DNA of 64,000 nucleotides from an uncultured bacterium (GTDB lineage Bacteria; Krumholzibacteriota; Krumholzibacteriia; JACNKJ01): NCBI GenBank assembly GCA_963695095.1, contig CAVOFT010000001.1, positions 384,001 to 448,000 of the forward strand, read 5' to 3'. Shown piece by piece: positions 59,213 to 64,000 of this stretch (position 1 is its first letter; each line of letters starts with the position of its first letter). The notes under the pieces were generated by a model. It saw only the letters and a program-made list of their open reading frames with translations, ran no database searches and was not told where the DNA came from. The position numbers and the translations under genes were made by a program.

Positions 59213-60119
59213 TGGCCATCGACGCGAACCAGCAACCCACGCCGGCGGATGCCGTCGACAAGAAGCGCGTGCCCACCGACTACAAGCGCGACTTGAAGCC
59301 GGTCTGGTGCACGGGCTGCGGGGACTTCGGCGTGCTGCAGAGCATCTACCGCGCGCTGGCGAGCTGGCGATCGCGCCCGAGAACGTGGGCATCATCTCCG
59401 GCATCGGCTGCTCCTCGCGCCTGCCGGGCTACGTGAACACCTACGGCTTCAATGCGCTGCACGGGCGGGCGCTGCCCATCGCCCAGGGCCTCAAGCTGGC
59501 GCGGCCGGAGATCACGGTGCTCGCGGTGGGCGGCGACGGCGACGGCATCTCGATCGGCATGGGCCACTTCCCGCACGCCGCGCGCCGCAACGTGAACATG
59601 ACCTACATCATGATGGACAACTTCATCTACGGCCTCACCAAGGGGCAGGTCTCCCCGACCACCCCCAAGGGCGACACCACGGTGAGCACGCCCTTCGCCT
59701 CTATCGATTCCCCGCTCGACCCGGTGAAGTTGGCCCTGTCCTTCAACGTGTCCTTCATCGCGCGCGCCTTCGCCGGCGACCTCAAGCACATGACGGACAT
59801 GGTGAAGCTGGCCATCGAGCACAAGGGCTTCTCCTTCGTGCACGCGCTCAGCCCCTGCCCCACCTTCCGCGGCATGGACGAGTTCAAGCGCGTGCGCGCG
59901 GCCGTGAACTACGTCGAGCCCAAGGCCGAGGAGCTGGCCAGCAAGGCGGCCGCCTTTGCCCGCGAGGAGGAGTTCGCCGGCAAGATCAACCTGGGCGTCC
60001 TTTACCGCGCGACGCGGACCACCTATGAGGACGAAACCCAGCTCGTGCGGGAGCGCTCGCTGAAGTCCCGCGGCCGTGCCCCGGAAATGCAGGAGTTGCT
60101 CGGGGAGTTCATGCCCTAG
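59212..60119 (+). CDS. korB: 2-oxoacid:ferredoxin oxidoreductase beta subunit; one frameshift near 59360
   Basis: ATG overlaps the alpha stop; WCTGCGDFG in one frame, then SGIGCSSR, LHGRALP, GGDGD, YGLTKGQVSPT, SPCPTF in the next. Confidence 0.86.
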
Positions 60120-60145
60120 CCCCCGAGGCAGATCGCCGACCACCG

Positions 60146-60180
60146 GCGCCGGGCTCTCCGCGAGCCCGGCGCTTTCTTTT
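60146..60180 (+). terminator. Rho-independent terminator of the oxidoreductase operon
   Basis: GCGCCGGGCTC-TCCGC-GAGCCCGGCGC followed by TTTCTTTT. Confidence 0.85.
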
Positions 60181-60370
60181 GAGTTCAAATTCAGGCCAAT
60201 GGCTCCGGATATTGCACTATCTGCTCCATGGGGTGGAGATGAGTTGCATGACCTCGAAATATCATGGACATGTCAAAATCTGGTAGCCAAAGGGGACTTC
60301 CCTGTCTAGGATATCCCCAAGTCAACTGCATTTACCGTGCGGGCCCTGCCCTTGCTCTTGGAGGTCTAAG

Positions 60371-61840
60371 ATGTTCAGAATCATCAGGTTAAGCGTTGTG
60401 TCGCTGGCCCTGCTGGCCGGGGCGCTGCTCTTCCTGACGGGTTGTGAAGGGGAGATGGGGCCGGCGGGCCAGAACGGCACCGACGGGGAGAACGGCCTGC
60501 TCTTCGACTGGACCTACGTGGGCGGGAACGGTCTGGCCTGCACGCATTGCCACTCCGATCTCAAGGAGGCCGTGCTGACGACGGCCCACACCCGCGCCTT
60601 CGACGACCTCGAGGTCGCCGACCAGAGCAACCCCTACTGCGTGAAGTGCCACACGACGGGCTGGGACAGCCCGGTCACCTACGGCCAGACCCAGATCACC
60701 GACTATGGCCCCGACATCTACGGCTACGACGACTACTTCGGCGTCGGCGGGGCGGCGGCCGCCAGCCGGCGCGCCATGCTCGAAGGCGTGCAGTGCGAGG
60801 CCTGCCACGGCCCCGGCGGTCCCAATCCGCTGGAGTTCACGCCGCGCATCTCCTTCGCCACCATCCTGGACGGCGACACCAGTGTCTCGCTCTGCGCGCC
60901 CTGCCACTCCGGGCAGCTCGGCGAGTACGCCACCTCGGGCCACGGCACCGTGGGCGGGCTGGATCAGGCGGACTTCCACGCCGAGTTCAGCCGCAGCTCC
61001 TGCCGGCCCTGCCACACATCCGAGGGCTTCATCTTCGCCAACGATCCGGCCTACGCCGACTACGAACTGCCGCAGGGCTACCTGCAGAACTTCATCGGCT
61101 GCGTGACCTGCCACGATCCCCACGCGGGCGAGGACGCGGGGGGCAATCCGCACCAGCTGCGCACGCTGACGGCGGTGGAGATCGTCAATCAGGCCGGCTA
61201 CGGGCCGGACGACGACATCCCCGCCATGTCCGGCTACGGCAATGCCCAGCTCTGCGCGCAGTGCCATCACGCCCGGCGCAGCGGTAGCCAGGTGGCAGAG
61301 CAGATCTCCCTGGGCAGCGAGCACTTCGGCCCGCACGGCAGCCCGCAGATGGACATGTTCATCGGCGCCGGCAGCCACGAGATCACCGGCTACAGCTACG
61401 AGCGCGATCATGCCCACAACGCCGGCATCGCCGACGCCTGCGTGAAGTGCCACATGGTGCGCGTGGCGGAGATCCACGGCACGAGCCAGGAGCACTCCTT
61501 CCACACCTTCCAGCCCACCGTGGACAACTGCCTGCCCTGCCACACCATCGCGGACTTCGACTACCACGGCATCCAGACCTACGTGCAGCAGCTGATGGAC
61601 GACCTGGCCACCCGCTTCGGCTTCGCCGATGCGGCGGCCATGCTGGACGAGGACACGGGCTGGGACTCGGTGAACACGGGCCCGAGCTGGGAGCCCTGGC
61701 AGCGGGAGGCGGCCTACGCGCTCTTCTTCGTGGCCAACGACGGCAGCCACGGCGTGCACAACCCGGCCTACGCCCTCGACCTGCTCCAGAACGCGATGGA
61801 CCACTACGACGCCAGCGACAAGCGGCTCACCGCCAGGTAG
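60371..61840 (+). CDS. Multiheme (9 CxxCH) cytochrome c lipoprotein
   Basis: GGAGG RBS; lipobox LTGC; short Gly-X-Y linker; CTHCH, CVKCH, CEACH, CAPCH, CRPCH, CVTCH, CAQCH, CVKCH, CLPCH; C-terminal DGSHGVHNP helical region. Confidence 0.9.
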   Translation: MFRIIRLSVVSLALLAGALLFLTGCEGEMGPAGQNGTDGENGLLFDWTYVGGNGLACTHCHSDLKEAVLTTAHTRAFDDLEVADQSNPYCVKCHTTGWDSPVTYGQTQITDYGPDIYGYDDYFGVGGAAAASRRAMLEGVQCEACHGPGGPNPLEFTPRISFATILDGDTSVSLCAPCHSGQLGEYATSGHGTVGGLDQADFHAEFSRSSCRPCHTSEGFIFANDPAYADYELPQGYLQNFIGCVTCHDPHAGEDAGGNPHQLRTLTAVEIVNQAGYGPDDDIPAMSGYGNAQLCAQCHHARRSGSQVAEQISLGSEHFGPHGSPQMDMFIGAGSHEITGYSYERDHAHNAGIADACVKCHMVRVAEIHGTSQEHSFHTFQPTVDNCLPCHTIADFDYHGIQTYVQQLMDDLATRFGFADAAAMLDEDTGWDSVNTGPSWEPWQREAAYALFFVANDGSHGVHNPAYALDLLQNAMDHYDASDKRLTAR

Positions 61841-61863
61841 TCGCTCGACACGGCGCTGCTCCG

Positions 61864-61894
61864 AAGCCCGCGGCCACCCGGCCGCGGGCTTTCT
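61864..61894 (+). terminator. Intrinsic terminator between convergent genes
   Basis: AAGCCCGCGGCC-ACCC-GGCCGCGGGCTT followed by TCT. Confidence 0.65.
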
Positions 61895-61924
61895 CATGCC
61901 CGTCGTCGCGCGCTGCCGCTCGGC

Positions 61925-62395
61925 TCAGTCGCTGAAGGAGATCTCGTCGGGCAGTTCGTTGACGTCGTCCGCGCGATGGGGGAAGTGCGCGGCCAGGCGC
62001 TCGCCGACGCGGGCGATGCCGGCGGCGAGGCCCTCGCCGAAGCGATCCTCGGCGAAGTGGCCGGCCATCTGCGCCGCCACCTCCTGCCAGAAGCTCTCGC
62101 CGACCCGGGTGTGCAGGGCCTCGTCGCCGAGCACGGCGAAGCGCCGCGTGCGCGTGGCCAGGTAGAAGAGCACGCCGTTGCGCGCCTCGGTGGCGTGCAT
62201 GCCCATCGCCGCGAAGAGGGCGCGGGCGCGAACGTAGGGGTCGCCCGCCACCGGCGGCTTCTGCGGCAGGTCGCGCTCCATGTGGAGGCGGATCTCGCCG
62301 CTCGTGCGCAGCTCGGCGGCGCGGATCGCGGCGAGCACGGCCGCGCGCTCGTCGGTGCGCAAGAAGCCGCGGGGACGATCACTGCGCTTGGCCAT
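61925..62395 (-). CDS. TPM-domain protein (lemA operon)
   Basis: AIRAAELRTSGEIR, TEARNGVLFY, FAVLGD, DVNELPDEIS. Confidence 0.88.
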   Translation of the reverse strand: MAKRSDRPRGFLRTDERAAVLAAIRAAELRTSGEIRLHMERDLPQKPPVAGDPYVRARALFAAMGMHATEARNGVLFYLATRTRRFAVLGDEALHTRVGESFWQEVAAQMAGHFAEDRFGEGLAAGIARVGERLAAHFPHRADDVNELPDEISFSD

Positions 62396-62397
62396 GC

Positions 62398-63171
62398 CTA
62401 CCACCCTCCGCTGGCGCCGCCGCCGCCGGAAAAGCCGCCCCCGCCCGAGAAGCCGCCACCGCCGCCGCCGCCGAAACCACCGCCACCGAAGAAGCCGCCC
62501 CCGCCGCGACGGCCGCGGCCGCCCAGGGCGGAGCCGATGATCAGAGGTCCGAGCAGCGAGCGCCGGCCGGCGCCGCTGAGCAACACGACGGCGATGATGA
62601 TCAAGGGCAGCAGGGGGACGCCACCGCCGCCCCGCTCCCGCCGCGCTCCCGCGATGCGGCCCTGGGCCAGCGGGTCCTCCGGCGCCACCCGCTGGGCCAC
62701 GCGCTGCACGACGAACTCGAAGCGTGCGCCCGCGGGTTCCCGGGGAAGCTGCTGCATCTCGCGCAGGATGCGCGAGGCGATCACATCCGGCAGCTGCTCC
62801 TCGAGCCCGTAGCCCACCTCGAGGCGGCTCGCCCGCTGCTGGGGAAAGACGGCGAAGAGCACGCCGCGGAAGTCGCCCTTGGTGCCCAGGCCCCAGTGCT
62901 CGTAGAGCGCCGCCGTGTAGTCCTCCAGGCCGCCCTCGTACTCGGGCAGCACGGCCACCACGAACTGGATGCCCGTGCGCTGCTCGAAGCCGTAGAGCGC
63001 GTCGGCGAGACGATCCACCTCGCCCGGCTCCAGCAGCCCGACGCGATCCTCGCAGTGCCGGGCTGGGGGCGCGGGCATCGCGGCCGCGGCCGGCTGACCG
63101 GCGGCGAGCGCGGCCAGCAGCGCCAGCGAGGCGATCGCGCGCTGGAGACCCGAGAGCGGCGGCATGCTCAC
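62398..63171 (-). CDS. TPM-domain membrane protein with Gly-rich tail (YgcG-like)
   Basis: WGLG.K..RGVL, RLEVGYGLE, TM, GGFSGGGGASGGW C-terminus. Confidence 0.88.
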   Translation of the reverse strand: MSMPPLSGLQRAIASLALLAALAAGQPAAAAMPAPPARHCEDRVGLLEPGEVDRLADALYGFEQRTGIQFVVAVLPEYEGGLEDYTAALYEHWGLGTKGDFRGVLFAVFPQQRASRLEVGYGLEEQLPDVIASRILREMQQLPREPAGARFEFVVQRVAQRVAPEDPLAQGRIAGARRERGGGGVPLLPLIIIAVVLLSGAGRRSLLGPLIIGSALGGRGRRGGGGFFGGGGFGGGGGGGFSGGGGFSGGGGASGGW

Positions 63172-63172
63172 C

Positions 63173-63778
63173 CTAGTTGCCGAAGTCCACCTTGGGCGCC
63201 TGAGCGGCCCCCTCGGCAGCCTCGAAGTAGGACTTGGCGTCGAACTTGAACAGGCCGGCGACGATGTTGCCCGGGAAGCGGCGGATCGCCGTGTTGTAAT
63301 CGCGGGCCAGATCGTTGAAGCGGCGCCGCTCGACGGCGATGCGGTTCTCCGTCCCCTCGAGCTGGGCCTGCAGGTCGAGGAAGTTCTGGTTGGCCTTGAG
63401 GTCCGGATAGCGCTCGACCACGACCATCAGCCGGGCAAGAGCCGAACTCAGCTCGCCCTGGGCCTGCTGGAACTGCTCCATCAGCTTGGGGTCGTTCAGG
63501 GCCTCCGGCGTGAGCTGGGCCTGAACCTGGGTGGCCTTGGCCCGCGCCTCGATGACGGCCGTGAAGGTCTCCTGCTCGTGGGCGGCGTAACCCTTGACCG
63601 TCTCCACCAGATTGGGGATGAGGTCGGCCCGGCGCTGGTAGACGTTCTCGACGTTGCCCCACTGGCCTTCGACGCCCTCCTGCAGGCCGACGAAGCTGTT
63701 ATACTTGCCGCTGAGGGTGCCGACGACGATGAGCAGCAGCACCACGATCACGACGAGCGCGAGCAAACCCTTCTTCAT
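63173..63778 (-). CDS. lemA: LemA family protein
   Basis: QRRADLIPNLVETVKGYA, ERYPDLKANQNF, LEGTENRIAVERRRFN. Confidence 0.95.
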   Translation of the reverse strand: MKKGLLALVVIVVLLLIVVGTLSGKYNSFVGLQEGVEGQWGNVENVYQRRADLIPNLVETVKGYAAHEQETFTAVIEARAKATQVQAQLTPEALNDPKLMEQFQQAQGELSSALARLMVVVERYPDLKANQNFLDLQAQLEGTENRIAVERRRFNDLARDYNTAIRRFPGNIVAGLFKFDAKSYFEAAEGAAQAPKVDFGN

Positions 63779-64000
63779 GAATCCTCTCCTGGGCCGGGGT
63801 GAGCGTTGGCGACGGGCGCAGCTACCCGCGCCGCGGCCAGTGTATTCGATGCTCCCGCGGATGGCAAACCCAGCCCGGCGGCGGGGCGGCCGAAGTCCCC
63901 CGTGCTCGCCGCGGAATTTTGGTGACAGGAACCCTGGCGCCTTGCCATGCTGCGCCGTTCACCCCGTGCCGCTCAGCGACGCGCGGGGCGATGCTGCTTG

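Noticed and set aside
59340..59380. Programmed frameshift in the oxidoreductase beta subunit (likewise trkH and the kinase)
   Set aside because: No slippery heptamer recognised; scattered single-base indels in conserved genes fit sequencing error better.

Overview
A 64 kb high-GC bacterial chromosomal window. Two secreted proteins ending in a PNPFNP...FlgD-Ig/T9SS-like sorting domain and a GldA/F/G-like ABC operon suggest an FCB-group organism such as Latescibacterota or Krumholzibacteriota (inference only). Housekeeping and metabolic genes include trkAH, queD-folE, an FKBP PPIase, a prolyl oligopeptidase, 2-oxoacid:ferredoxin oxidoreductase alpha/beta, lemA with two TPM proteins, a nonaheme cytochrome c lipoprotein, and a scattered selenium-dependent molybdenum hydroxylase/anaerobic purine degradation set (ygeY, ssnA-like, xdhA-like, yqeC-mocA, yqeB, xdhC, hydA). 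Four features stand out. (1) An ECF sigma plus Ser/Thr kinase-WD40 pair is divergent from an operon encoding a small sorting-domain protein and two tail-fibre-like exported paralogs that share a 555 bp block with only 5 mismatches but have diverged tips. (2) A lower-GC two-gene island encodes a DUF559-like nuclease-RecQ helicase fusion and a tail-anchored coiled-coil protein, a candidate defence system. (3) A lower-GC region has one complete attC site plus remnants but no integrase, and carries an RxxxxH (HEPN-like) cassette gene. (4) Both lower-GC regions follow OPT transporter genes that contain many frameshifts. Several frameshifts probably reflect sequencing or assembly indels. No rRNA, tRNA, CRISPR array, integrase or transposase was recognised. 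All calls are by-eye motif recognition, with no database searches.
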